64,000 bases of DNA, from assembly GCA_043228905.1 (NCBI GenBank), contig JBHGNT010000002.1, positions 7,378,001 through 7,442,000 on the forward strand. Reading direction: 5' to 3'. The position numbers and the translations under genes are program-made. Origin of the DNA: Azolla caroliniana. Lineage: Eukaryota; Plantae; Polypodiophyta. This document shows, piece by piece, positions 1-10,704 of this stretch (positions are counted from its first letter, which is position 1; every line of letters starts with the position of its first letter). The notes below the pieces were generated by a model. The model worked only from the letters and a program-made list of their open reading frames with translations, was not told where the DNA came from and did no database searches.

Positions 1-80
1 AAGGTCTCCTCCTTCCTCCTCTGCTTCTTTCTTGTGGTATGTATAAGAGAAAGAGAGACTTTGGGGGATGCAGAAGAAGA

Positions 81-83
<3 letters not shown>

Positions 84-137
<54 letters not shown>
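84..137. repeat. (GA)n microsatellite
   Basis: Uninterrupted GA dinucleotide run; the ORFs at 34-338 are low-complexity artefacts of it. Confidence 0.95.
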
Positions 138-139
<2 letters not shown>

Positions 140-335
140 TTGTGTTGTGTTGGGGTCTTTCTTCTTCACACCCTTCCTTCCTTCTTTCTCTTCCTTTCCT
201 TATCTTCAACCTCCTCTTCTCCTTCTCCTTCTTCTTATTGTTATTGTAATTTGTAAGGTTTCCATCATTTTATGTATATGTATGTGGTCCTTTCTTTCCA
301 CACATTGCATTGCTCCCTCCACCATTTGCTTTGTG

Positions 336-515
336 TAAGGGTTTTCGTCCGAGATGCGAGAAAGCGATCACCTCTCCATGTCTGCTTGTGTGAGAGGCTG
401 AGATAGCGACCTTCTTAATGCCTCACGGGAATCCCCCATTGTGGTCTATGAGACCCCGGTCGGTCCCTGCCTCGTTGCCCATGGCTAGGATCGAACTTGG
501 GTCCTCTCACCTTTT
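336..515 (-). mobile_element. Possible 5'-truncated tRNA-derived SINE-like element
   Basis: Minus strand reads GAGAGGACCCAAGTTCGATCCTAGCC (variable loop + T-arm/B-box-like) followed by a GC-richer body; no convincing A-box. Confidence 0.3.
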
Positions 516-589
516 ATGAACTCGATATGCTACATACAGTGGAAAACCCCCCCAAAGCTAGCTTCCAAATCAATGGTATCCCATCCATA

Positions 590-1539
590 GCTCCAACTCA
601 TATTCCCCTTATCTCCTTGATTGCTTCTGCATGACACGTGACTTTAAAGCCTAATATCCAAGGTTGCTTAATTGTTCTTCGGTTTTTTTGCTTCATTGAG
701 GGAGAGGCTGAGTTTTGAAGGCATGTCCATGTTCATCGTCTCCTCATGTCCCTGAAAAAAATTCAATGGTGGCGTGTTGATGAATATTAGAAAGGTTATG
801 GTTAACACTTTGTAGCTTATTCTCTCTATGTTGTTTAAACTCTAAGATATACCTACCTAGTAGTGGCTTTATATCCGAGGTGTCCAATAGTTGGGAGGGT
901 GGGAAACTATCCAAGTATGTCTTGGTATTTTTCCCTTATCTTGACGTAAGCTGGATATTTGCATGTAAAATGATACTCATCCTCTATCTCTATGTGCCAT
1001 AATCTACATATCCTTTCCTCTTTGGGAACTCCATTAGCACGACCATTGACAATCTCGTGTTGGTGGGATGATACTATAAGTTGTCCAATGGGCAACCCTT
1101 GGTGCATTTGTTAAGAACGTATCTAGATATTTTGATTGTATAATGTGGCATTGTTGGTGTGGTTCAGATTTCACGTGATAACATCGTGACCAATGGTCTC
1201 TCTCTAATTGCAACCACATGAAAGATGGTGGCCCCAAAGCCCAAACTATCTTTGCATACATGAGGGAAGGGGTTATCAATGAGTCGAAGAGCCGCCCCTT
1301 TTTTCATGGCACTTGGAAATATGCCAAATGGCATTGTCTCTCTAAAAGGGACATGTATCCTTCGATGCATGTGTCATCGAGATATTACCTAAGCGAGCAC
1401 TAAAAGTGACTCCAAAATATACATATGAATCATCTACCTCAACGTGGTCTATTAGAGAGCATTATGTGACATTTAGTCCTAACCTGACCATATGTGTGGA
1501 AGATAAGGAGTTTAGTTTTCCCTAGATTCACTACGAGCC
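590..1539 (-). pseudogene. LINE-1 (host LINE) ORF2, 3' piece: RT thumb and C-terminal Cys/His domain, decayed
   Basis: Broken frames give LVVNLGKTKLLIF, LITPSLMYA and SSHQHEIVNGR..EERICRLWHIEIEDEYHFTCKYPAY; clear paralogue of the LINE at 29783-31462. Confidence 0.9.
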
Positions 1540-2128
1540 TGTTATCCGTGGGACAATAAGACAAAGGTGTGAAAAGGATCGTAAAAGTAAAGTGTGAAAG
1601 GGGACGAATAGGTCAAGATAAAAGACGTTGAGCACTAGCGACCGAGGGGAAAAGTAACCGAAATACAAGCAGCCAGAAAAATAGGCCAAGGATCAAGAGA
1701 GAGTAGTTGGAACACGTCGATGAAGGAGCTATATAAGACGCGAAGGGGACAAGAAGGGGGACAAAATATATCTAATTTGAGCTAGAGTGACTAAGCTAAG
1801 AAATCTAAATCTGTATTGAGAGAGTGAGCGATACCGATTTTACTCGGTTTGTACTACCATTGTATTATCTATTCAATAAACAATTATGTATACTTTTTGG
1901 GTCCATCTTTATGTCAGTCTCATTTTCAATTCCATTTCCAATTGTGCTATCTGTTCTGTAAGTCGTGAGTATGAATCGGTTGTAGCCGATTCTTAGAGTG
2001 TCCAAACCAGAAGGGTGTAACGTTTTGGCCCCTACTCGGCGCTACCTTAGTCTCTTACGTGACCACGATTCCTTGACCCGATTACTTAGGAGGATTAATC
2101 AAAGGTGTTCCCTAGGAAAGGAGTAACA
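1540..2128 (+). mobile_element. Solo LTR inserted in host LINE
   Basis: TGTTA...TAACA termini, TATA (ctatataa ~1729), AATAAA ~1875; the LINE reading (TLRGL|VVNLGKTK) rejoins across it; TSD degenerate. Confidence 0.7.
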
Positions 2129-2444
2129 CAATCCTCTTAGTGTGCAAGAGTTGTCTAAGGCATTATGTGACTTTGTAAGTCATGTTCAGACTCAAAGAGT
2201 AAAACTATATCATCTAAATAAAGCAATATCATACGTGCCCTCAAACTTGCTCATGTAAAGCTTAGATGGCCCAATTCCTGTCATATGATATCTCCAAGCT
2301 TTTAAGCATATCAAACAATTGCTTTCTAGGGACTATGTCAAGGGTTTTGTGAAAGTACACAAAACAACAATATAATTTCCTCTTTTGAGCCATGGTTTGG
2401 TTAATTAAACATCTAAGTGTGAAAATATGGTCAACAATAGAAAA
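2129..2444 (-). pseudogene. Host LINE ORF2, RT core piece
   Basis: IVDHIFTLRCLI..KLYCCFVYFHKTLDIVPR and LLYLDDIVLL (YADD-equivalent) on the minus strand. Confidence 0.9.
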
Positions 2445-2789
2445 TGTCATAGACATATACCTATGCATCCTTGTACCAAATCTAACTTCATGTAGTGTAG
2501 ATTGAACATTGGAAGTGTCTAGCTTGCACACATTCTCTATTGCATGCATCCTCATGCATACTCTATTTCTAGCTGGCTTACATAGCCCTACCGTCTTGTA
2601 TAAATACTCAGGTGCACCTTGATTCTAATCAAGGTGAAAAACACCAGTTACACACAAGTATAATCACGTCTCTCTCCTCGAACCCTACCATCCTTCTTGC
2701 ATTCCGGGACGACAACCTCCACCACCCGCCGAGTCACAACCACCGTCGGCACCGAGCCCGACCACGTCCTCTTCCCATCCATATGCCCT

Positions 2790-5700
2790 CAAACCAACCA
2801 TTAGCCTACCAGACAAATTCAAGGGCACGAGGGCGTATCTTCGTGGCTTCATCAACCAAATTCGGCTTATCATCCGATTACAACCCCAACGGTATGCTAG
2901 CGACTTTTCTCGGGTTGGGTTTGTCGGCACACTTCTCTCTGGGGCGGCACAAGTGTGGCTTGCACCCTTGATCGAGACGTCATCCCCTCTCTTAGAAAAC
3001 TTCACTGATTTCATTGAGGAGCTCAAAGCGACATTTGGCAAGACAGATCGACGACGAACGACACTCACAAAACTTTATTCTTTCCAACAAGGCTCACGTC
3101 CAACCTTGGTCTACACCTCAAAGTTCCGTCAGATTGCATGCGATGTCAATTGGGATGACCAAGCCCTATGCGACCATTTCCGTCGCGGCCTCTGAAATGA
3201 TGTCAAGACCCTTCTCTTAAACTTCCCAGAGCCCACATCGTTGTCTCAAGTAATCTCCCAAGTTGTCCAGTGTGACAATCGTCTCTTCAAACTTCGTCAA
3301 GAAGAACGGGGGACTCGCGGGTCTCAGGCTTCTTCCCGAAACGCATCAATCGCTAGGCCCTACTTGTCTCCCACGCCAACCTTACCCATATCATGACAAA
3401 GGTCGATTTCCATACCCCGTTGATAGTTCAAGTTGGGCCGCACTAGGAAGAACTCACGTTCTACCTCATCGCAACCCCTCGACATCTAATTGTGTTAGGG
3501 CTATCTTAGTTGGAGACACATAATCCAATAGTGGATTGGTGTAACCGCTCCATCACTTTTCCAATAAGGCCAATTCCTGCTAGGTCACGACACTCTCTTG
3601 ATTCTGTTGCGATCGAGTCCGGTTTGGTCGCTACACTGGCCGTTGTGTCGGGGGACGTCACCGTTCCTATCAACAATTTACCCGTATGATATAGCGACTT
3701 TTTCGACATGTTCAAAAAGCGGAATGCCGATCGGTTACCGGCTCATCGCCCCTACAATTGCCCAATCGAACTCTAAGCTGGCGAGCATCCCCCATTCAGT
3801 CCTATTTATGGGTTATCTGAACCTCAACTTGAGGCTCTCCGCACATATATTGCTGAGAATCTCGTGAAGGGCTTCATTCAACCCTCCAAATCACCGGTTG
3901 GGGCACCAATCTTATTTCTCAAAAAGAAGGACGGCTCCTTACGCTTATGTGTGGATTATCGAGGTCTCAACAAAGTTACGGTGCGTAATCGTTACCCCTT
4001 GCCCTTTATTCTAGCATTCCTCGATCGACTCCGAACTGGACATATCTTCTCCAAAATCAACCTTCAGGGCGCCTATAATTTGGTTCGCATCAAGCCTAGA
4101 GACGAGTGGAAAACGGCCTTTCGAACGCGCTATGGACATTTCGAGTACAAAGTGATGCCATTCGGCCTTACCAACGCTCCGGCCATCTTCCAGCACATGA
4201 TGAACGATATTTTCGAGAGTATCTCAATCATTTCGTGGTCATCTACCTTGACGACATCCCAGTTTTTTCTTCCAACTAGGAGGAGCACACACCACATCCA
4301 GCTAGTTCTCACCAAACTCTGGGAATATGGGCATTTCGCGAAAAGTGAGAAATGTGAATTCGATAGGACCTCTATCGAGTTCCTGGGTTACATGATCTCC
4401 CCTACCGGGATCAAAATGGATGAACGCAAGGTAGCAGCAATCACTGATTGGCCTCTCTCGACTCGGTTGAAAGAGGTACAATCATTTCTTGGTTTTGCAA
4501 ATTTTTATAGACGATTTATAGATGGGTTCTCTTCCCTAGTCCAAGCTCTCATCCAGCTTACCTGGAAAGATACTCCATTTCTTTGGACCCCCCCAACACA
4601 CAATGCTTTTAATGCCCTCAAAGCAGCTTTTCTCTCCGTCCCCATGTTAGTCCACCCCCACCCCACCCGCCCTTTCCAAGTTGAAACCGATGCCTCAGAC
4701 TTTGCCATATGTGCGTTCTTGTCTCAGCCCAACGACGATGGCACCTTGCATCCGGTCGCCTTCTACTCTCAGAAGTTTACAGCCCTGGAAATCAATTATT
4801 CGGTCTACGACAAGGAGCTTGCAACTATCATCTCAGCCTTTGCCGAATGACGACCCTATCTGGTCGGGGCCCAACATCGTATTCAGGTGCTAACCGACCA
4901 CAAGATTCTCATCTACTTCACCACCACTCGTACGTTGAATCGGCGACAGGCTCACTGGTCATCTTTTCTCACCGACTACGACTTCGAAATCTTGTTTCGA
5001 CCCAACGTTCAACATGGGAAAGCGGATGCTCTCTCTCGGCCACCTGACTTTGCACTACGTCCAGGTGACGACGCATATTCTCAACAATCGCATTGTTTAT
5101 TGCGGCCCGATCAACTCCACATGTTCGCAACCTATATGTTGCATGATGATTCATTGCTCAACGAGATCACCCAAGCAACCATGTCGAACCCTTTCGCTAC
5201 TGACATCATGGCACGCCTCAACAACCCATCCCAGGAAATGCAAAGCTCGGATCTCAGTCTCTTTACAACTCATTATGGGCTACTCTATCGTAATCACCTC
5301 CTTTACATACCAGCTGGCACATGTTGCATCCGAGTACTACAAACTTGCCACAATGATCCTGTTGTCGGGCACTTTGGGGTCGCGAAAACGCTGGTGTTGC
5401 TGTCTCGGGGGTTTTGGTGGCCCCAACCTTGGAAATTGGCCAAAGAATTTATCAAAACTTGTGACGTCTGTGGTCGCTCCAAAGCGGCTCACCATCGTCC
5501 ATATGACCTTCTACACCCACTTCCAATTCCCAATCGACCTTGGGCATCTCTCTCCATGGACTTTATTATCGACCTTCCTCGGGTCAGTGACCATGACACG
5601 GTGTTAGTGGTCGTCGATCGGTTTTCGAAGATGGCTCACTTTGTCCCATGTGCGAAAACAATTTCGGGGGAGGAGACGACTAACCTTTTTCTCAAAAATG

Positions 5701-5830
5701 TTGTCTGATTACATGGCTTCCCTGAGGATGTCACTTCTAATCGAGGTCCTCAATTTATCTCCCACTTCTGGCGCCGACTTCTACAGACATTCAGGACTTC
5801 TGTGAACTTGTCAACCGCACACCACCCTCA
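2790..5830 (+). pseudogene. Element A gag, protease remnant, RT, RNase H and integrase N-half (stops/frameshifts)
   Basis: LPDKFKG and WLAPLIETSSPLLENF (gag); KKDGSLRLCVDYRGLN, VMPFGLTNAPA (RT); ETDASD, DKEL (RH); GHFGVAKT, CDVC, LSMDFI, VVVDRFSKMAHF (IN). Confidence 0.92.
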
Positions 5831-6450
5831 TGTGGAGGATAGCGTGGAATATAGCTCGGCCACAACTGAGTCTTGAATCACTTCGTTTAAGGATCAAACA
5901 CAAAAATGGGAATAGAGATAAATACTCGTACACACACAAGTCAATAGAGAGGACACATGATATTTACGTGGAAAACCCTAATAGAGAAAAACCACGGGAG
6001 CCCACTAGCTCCGAACTATTACTATATGAGAAAGGTACAATCAGAGACTCGGAGGCGACGACCTCGAGCTCTATTTCTTTGCCAAGCGGCGGTTACAACA
6101 AAAACCGTTCTGTATATGCTCTCTCACACTCTTCCTCTCTCTCTATGCCACAATTATACACATACAACAATATGACTACAACCCACATAAAGTGATTGCC
6201 CTAAGTCATATTTATACTTATATGAACTTAGGGCTATTTACAAATATAGCCTCAATAGGCTTATTCAAAACATATTTACAAATATGTCTTCTCTTCCGGT
6301 TCTCATCGGGTCCATCCGATCCAGTTCCCAGATCTCTTCCGGTTCACACCTAGTCCTCTTCATCCATAACCTGATCCCATCCGGATGGACCGATTTCCCA
6401 ACAATCTCCCCCTTCACTCCAGCATGGGATGTCTCACTAGCCCGATTCGT

Positions 6451-7111
6451 CCATAGGGGGAAAACCGAGCAGAGTGAGCAAAACCGGGGTGTGCAACGTT
6501 GCACACGCACATGATGTATTTGTAAGATATTAATAAGAACAAATGTAAATTGTAAGAAATGCAGCACAAGATTCCTAAAGTATAAATGTGATGTGCACTT
6601 ATGTGCACATCCACATGAGAAAGAGAGGGGTACATAGGAGTACGAGGTGAGTAATGGGCATAGTAGTGTGTGTCAGAAGTGAGAGTTAAAGCCCCATCAA
6701 TCCCTCCTCCTAGAATCTAAGCAAATATCCCCATTGAATGAAGGGGATATTTAGTCTCTCCTTTTTGTAACGGCTTTCTCTCCTTATGCTATAAAAGGAG
6801 AGGAAGGGGCACCATTGAAGGGGTTGCCTATTTTGAGTAAGAAGAGGTATACCACTTAGGTCGAGGGTTTCTATTCGGTTTAGGGTTTACATTCTACTTA
6901 TGTTTTGAGTCCGGCCCACATGGCCGCGGTTGTAATCGCTTGCGGCTTTCATGCCCATAATATACATAGCTTCATAAATCTTGTCTCTTTCTACTTTCTC
7001 TACCGTGTTAATCTCTTCCACTTTGCTCATACTCGTCTTCCCATCTACTCCCTAGTCCAAGACCCTCGTGGTCCCGCCTTATTCTACACGCACGCGCGGA
7101 AATACACGACA
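6451..7111 (+). mobile_element. Solo LTR C (5'-truncated) inserted near the end of copia B RNase H
   Basis: Ends CACGACA; TATA ctataaaagg ~6790; 3' end TACTCCCTAGTCCAAGACCCyCGTGGTCC shared with solo LTR D; B reads DKLDT|..RIGLVRHPMLE* across it; left TSD lost. Confidence 0.75.
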
Positions 7112-7579
7112 ACGTGTCCAGCTTGTCGGTTGTCAACACCTTGGTCATCATATCCGATCCGTTCTCCTTCGTGTGGATCTTCGTCAGCACGAACTCTTGA
7201 TCTTCTACTCTCTCCCGGTGTCGTGAAGATTTTCAGCAATAGTGTGAAAATTCCATAAAACGTACGAAATCGAGTATGAATCACGTAATACAATAATTGT
7301 GAAGATAACATTTTAAATAGATTTAATATCTAAGTACAAAATGATGGAGGTTTCGAATGCACTTTATTACACGAGAAACGGACAACTAAATGTCAAGATA
7401 TGAGGGTATAAAGTTTGTAAAAGGAAAGGAGAAAATTGTGAGATATCCCACATAGGCACGACAAATACAGCTCTCATCATATATAAGGTGGAGCAAAAGA
7501 TATTATCTTTGTGTCTATGTGTGGAGCATAGAGTGGAGGTGGGCTAACTACTCGTAAAGGGTTTTGGCCAACCAAAACC

Positions 7580-7860
7580 GGACCGGCGATGGAGTCGGTG
7601 ATCCGGTGATGGAGTCGGTGATCCGGCAACGGTGATCCGACGGCATCCGGCGAGGCACCGGTAACCGATGGCCTCCGACGGCGGCATCAGCATCCGGCGA
7701 GGCACCGGTAACCGACGGCCTCCGACGACAGCCTCCGACGGCGGCATCGGCATCCGACGGCAGCACCGGTATCCGACGGCATCCGACGGCGGCACCGATA
7801 TCCGACGGCGGCATCCGGCATCCGGCGACGGCACCGGTAACCGACGGTATCCGGCGACTA
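7580..7860 (+). repeat. GC-rich degenerate tandem array (CCGACGGCATCCGGCG / GGCACCGGTAA units) in the U3 of F 5' LTR
   Basis: Visible short repeats; a much shorter version lies at 14580-14668 in the 3' LTR. Confidence 0.85.
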
Positions 7861-7909
7861 GATAAATAAATATATATATATATATACATATTTACACATA
7901 TACAAGGAG

Positions 7910-7976
7910 GGCAAGAAAGGATTCGAACCTTGCACCTCCAAGTTAGGAGTCAATTGGCTTACCATTAAGCCATGCT
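7910..7976 (-). promoter_or_regulatory. tRNA-derived Pol III A-box/B-box module in F 5' LTR (copy at 14716-14783 in 3' LTR)
   Basis: Minus strand TGGCTTAATGG..CTCCTAA..GGTTCGAATCC, A-to-B start spacing 43 nt, D-stem GGCT/AGCC and T-stem pairing; acceptor and anticodon stems do not pair. Confidence 0.7.
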
Positions 7977-8381
7977 ATTTAGTTGAAATTATATTTCTAT
8001 CATTGTACTTTTACATGTAAATTCTCATACATGAGAGCTAAAATGAGTGACATGGTTATCATGCATCACATGTAATACATAAGCGCCAAATGGCAAACAT
8101 GCAATTTATGCATGTCTTGTACCCTCACATGCATCATATGCATGAGAGCATCTATAAAAGAGGGAAGGGGGAGGAGAAAAGACACGGGTTTTTTTATGAA
8201 AATTAAGAGGAAGAAATTCGTTATCAAATTGATCGTGTAATCTCAACTTCTCTCTTTCCCAATCTATCTTAAGTACTTTCTCGCCAAAGCTTGTATCGAC
8301 TCTAAATCCTTCTGGTCCAGAACCCCGGCGGTTCCGCCTCACGATCCGCGTGTAGTGACGGATCTTCACGACATAATTAAG

Positions 8382-8398
8382 TGGTGAACCCGACGTGA
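8382..8398 (+). promoter_or_regulatory. Primer-binding site complementary to tRNA-Trp
   Basis: TGGTGAACCCGACGTGA is the reverse complement of TCACGTCGGGTTCACCA, the 3' end of plant cytosolic tRNA-Trp(CCA) as I recall it. Confidence 0.8.
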
Positions 8399-8440
8399 AA
8401 GAGGCGGTAGGAAGGATCAAGTCGAGATTAATACTTGGAG

Positions 8441-10639
8441 ATGGCGTCCTCAAGCAACCAAGCAAGGGAGCTCGAAAGGATGATGCTAATCGTCGAGCAA
8501 ATGATGAGATCTCGGGACAACGACGCAAGCGTGGAGAAGGCTGTCGATCGTGTCGTAGAGCTCGAGGGCCAATTCGATGGAAGGAACGTTACGAAGTTCC
8601 TTGATGCATATAGAAGGGAGATGAATCAGAGGGACGTGTCCGAGGCATGTCAAATCGCAAGCTTCAAGAGAGTTGTCGCCAACAACATCCAAAGACGCGT
8701 CATCGAGCTTCAAGAAGGTAAGACAACATGGTCCGAGTTCGAGAAAACGATACTAGCGGAGTTCGTGACTGAAGACTCAACAAGGATGACTCGACATGCC
8801 CTGATGAAGTGGATAGAGAAGAAGAATAAGAAGAAGAGCGTCTCGAGGGTGTACGACGAATTCGACCAGATGTTTAGTCGTCTCCCCAATACGGACCAAG
8901 TGTTGCTTGAAGAGGACAAGACTTTGTACTTCTTGAAGGCCGTGGACATAAAGGATAGACGGGAGTTGGGGACTCTTCTCGAAGATGATACCCAAGCAAA
9001 TGGGCTCGTAGCGGACTGGATCGCGGTGAAGCGGGCATGCAATAGGCTCGACAAGCGTCGCCAATGGGTTGATGACACCGACTTGACGGGACCGACTACC
9101 ACGGAGAAAGCAAGACCGCCGAAAGTAGCTAAGCCGCTGAGACAAAGTAACGTGGAAGAAAAGAAGATTGATGACGACATCATTGAAGAGCTAGCGAAGA
9201 AGTTCGAGAAGGTCACGCTAGCCAACATGAATCGTCGGGGCCCTAAAGGAAAAGAACCCTTTAGATGTGTGTGGTGCGATAGCATGGACCACATGAGAAG
9301 GGATTGTGCGAGCCTTCGAGAGGCGATTCGACAAAATATCGTATACATAGAGGACAACATGATCTACTCAAGCGAGACTAGAAGACCCCTACGGGTGAAT
9401 TTCGGAAGAGGAGGAATGAAGAAATCTATGGAGGATGCCGATGCGATTCATGTGGATGCGATGCACTATGTTGCGTTGGCCGAAATAAGAGTCGGGAAAG
9501 ACAAGACTGAAGCTGCTAGAGCGGGAGCAAAGTTTTGGACTTCCGTTCTCGAATATGAGAAGAAGGGAAAAGTCACATCGAACGAGGTAGAGCTTGCGGA
9601 CCGAAACGTGCAAAGCATAACCGGGTGGTCGGATCCGGTGGACGACAACACCATACTTGCAGAGGTGATGTGCGACAACCACGAGGTGTTCGTCGAAGAA
9701 AAGAGAAAGAGAATAGAAGAGCAAGGCCCATCAAAGAGACATGAAACAAGGAACGCGAAAAAGAAGGACGATACGGAGATGAGTCGACCTTTACAAACGG
9801 AGGAACGAGAATCAAGCCGAAAAGGGGAGCCAAGCATACGAGTTGAAGAAACGGTTCGGCCCGTGAAGGTTGGTGTCGAAGACCCCACTCGGAGGACAAG
9901 GACTATACCTACCTATAAGCTAAGGTCGGACATAGAGCAGACAACGGACCTAAAGAAGATTCTCGAAGAACGAGTTCTTGATAGCCACGTAACTTTGTCC
10001 TTGAGGGAATTGCTTGGCATTACGAAGAAGGAGTTCCATGACACGATCGTGGACCTTGTAAAGAGAAAGAGACAACAATCGGACGAGGAAGAAGAGAAGC
10101 CGCAAAAAGCAAAAACGAATGCCATAACGATGGCAAGAGACGAAATCGATGAAGATATGGTGGACAACCACTACACTCGACCTCATTGGGCACGAGCGAC
10201 AACGGAGACGCCGGTGAAGATCGGGGAGAAGAAAGAGACCGTGGTAGCCTTGATCGACCACGGCTCGGAGATCAACCTCATGTCAACCGACTTCTACAAA
10301 AAAGGAAGATGGCCAATCAATACAAACCACGGATGGAAGATTCGCGCGGCAACAAAGTCTACGGAGGATTTGTACGAAGCTTGTCCCAATGTCAAAGTCA
10401 CGATCGGGGATGTGGAGATGGATCAACACTTCTTCGTACAAGAATCGGCGTTGCATCCTGTCATCTTAGGGCAACCTTATATCACATCATCTCGGATGGA
10501 GACCAAAGTGTTCGATAATGGAGCAGCCTTCGCACGAATAAAGAGTCTTTACAACCAAAGATCGGTCCAATTCCTAACAGTGCGAGCCAATCATGAAAGG
10601 AATAGAGATAGTCTCGGAGGCGAATCCTCGGATTTTTAG
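8441..10639 (+). CDS. Element F ORF1: Gag + aspartic protease
   Basis: Open ~732-codon frame; zinc knuckle CVWCDSMDHMRRDC; protease ALIDHGSEINLM...VILGQPY. Confidence 0.9.
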   Translation: MASSSNQARELERMMLIVEQMMRSRDNDASVEKAVDRVVELEGQFDGRNVTKFLDAYRREMNQRDVSEACQIASFKRVVANNIQRRVIELQEGKTTWSEFEKTILAEFVTEDSTRMTRHALMKWIEKKNKKKSVSRVYDEFDQMFSRLPNTDQVLLEEDKTLYFLKAVDIKDRRELGTLLEDDTQANGLVADWIAVKRACNRLDKRRQWVDDTDLTGPTTTEKARPPKVAKPLRQSNVEEKKIDDDIIEELAKKFEKVTLANMNRRGPKGKEPFRCVWCDSMDHMRRDCASLREAIRQNIVYIEDNMIYSSETRRPLRVNFGRGGMKKSMEDADAIHVDAMHYVALAEIRVGKDKTEAARAGAKFWTSVLEYEKKGKVTSNEVELADRNVQSITGWSDPVDDNTILAEVMCDNHEVFVEEKRKRIEEQGPSKRHETRNAKKKDDTEMSRPLQTEERESSRKGEPSIRVEETVRPVKVGVEDPTRRTRTIPTYKLRSDIEQTTDLKKILEERVLDSHVTLSLRELLGITKKEFHDTIVDLVKRKRQQSDEEEEKPQKAKTNAITMARDEIDEDMVDNHYTRPHWARATTETPVKIGEKKETVVALIDHGSEINLMSTDFYKKGRWPINTNHGWKIRAATKSTEDLYEACPNVKVTIGDVEMDQHFFVQESALHPVILGQPYITSSRMETKVFDNGAAFARIKSLYNQRSVQFLTVRANHERNRDSLGGESSDF

Positions 10640-10692
10640 AGCGGACTATTGAAGCATGGGGCACAAATAGTCCGAGCAATCACAAGACCCCA
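10630..10692 (+). promoter_or_regulatory. -1 programmed ribosomal frameshift signal
   Basis: G GAT TTT heptamer directly before ORF1 stop; 5-nt spacer; 9-bp stem CGGACTATT/AATAGTCCG; loop TGGGG can pair with CCCCA at 10688-10692; -1 frame open into pol. Confidence 0.8.
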
Positions 10693-10704
10693 CAAGAAAG
10701 AAGA

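Noticed and set aside
336-515. Hammerhead ribozyme / Penelope-type end
   Set aside because: GAAA is present but no CTGAnGA core in a compatible position.
1535-1545. Solo LTR insertion point nearly coincides with the 5' truncation point of LINE-2 (GL|VVN)
   Set aside because: Two unrelated events in different copies; no mechanism evident, treated as coincidence.
6655-6705. Fourth tRNA-like module in solo LTR C
   Set aside because: Position fits, but the B-box is reduced to CATCAATCCC; too degenerate to claim.
7544-7889. Pro/Arg-rich ORFs in the F LTR
   Set aside because: Products of a GC-rich repeat, not preserved in the 3' LTR.
7910-7976. Functional tRNA-Arg gene
   Set aside because: Acceptor and anticodon stems do not pair; kept only as a tRNA-derived module. 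Same for 16483-16540 and 32600-32660.
8710-9888. Long antisense ORFs within gag/pol (also inside G and E)
   Set aside because: Shadow ORFs of the sense coding frames; no recognisable domains.
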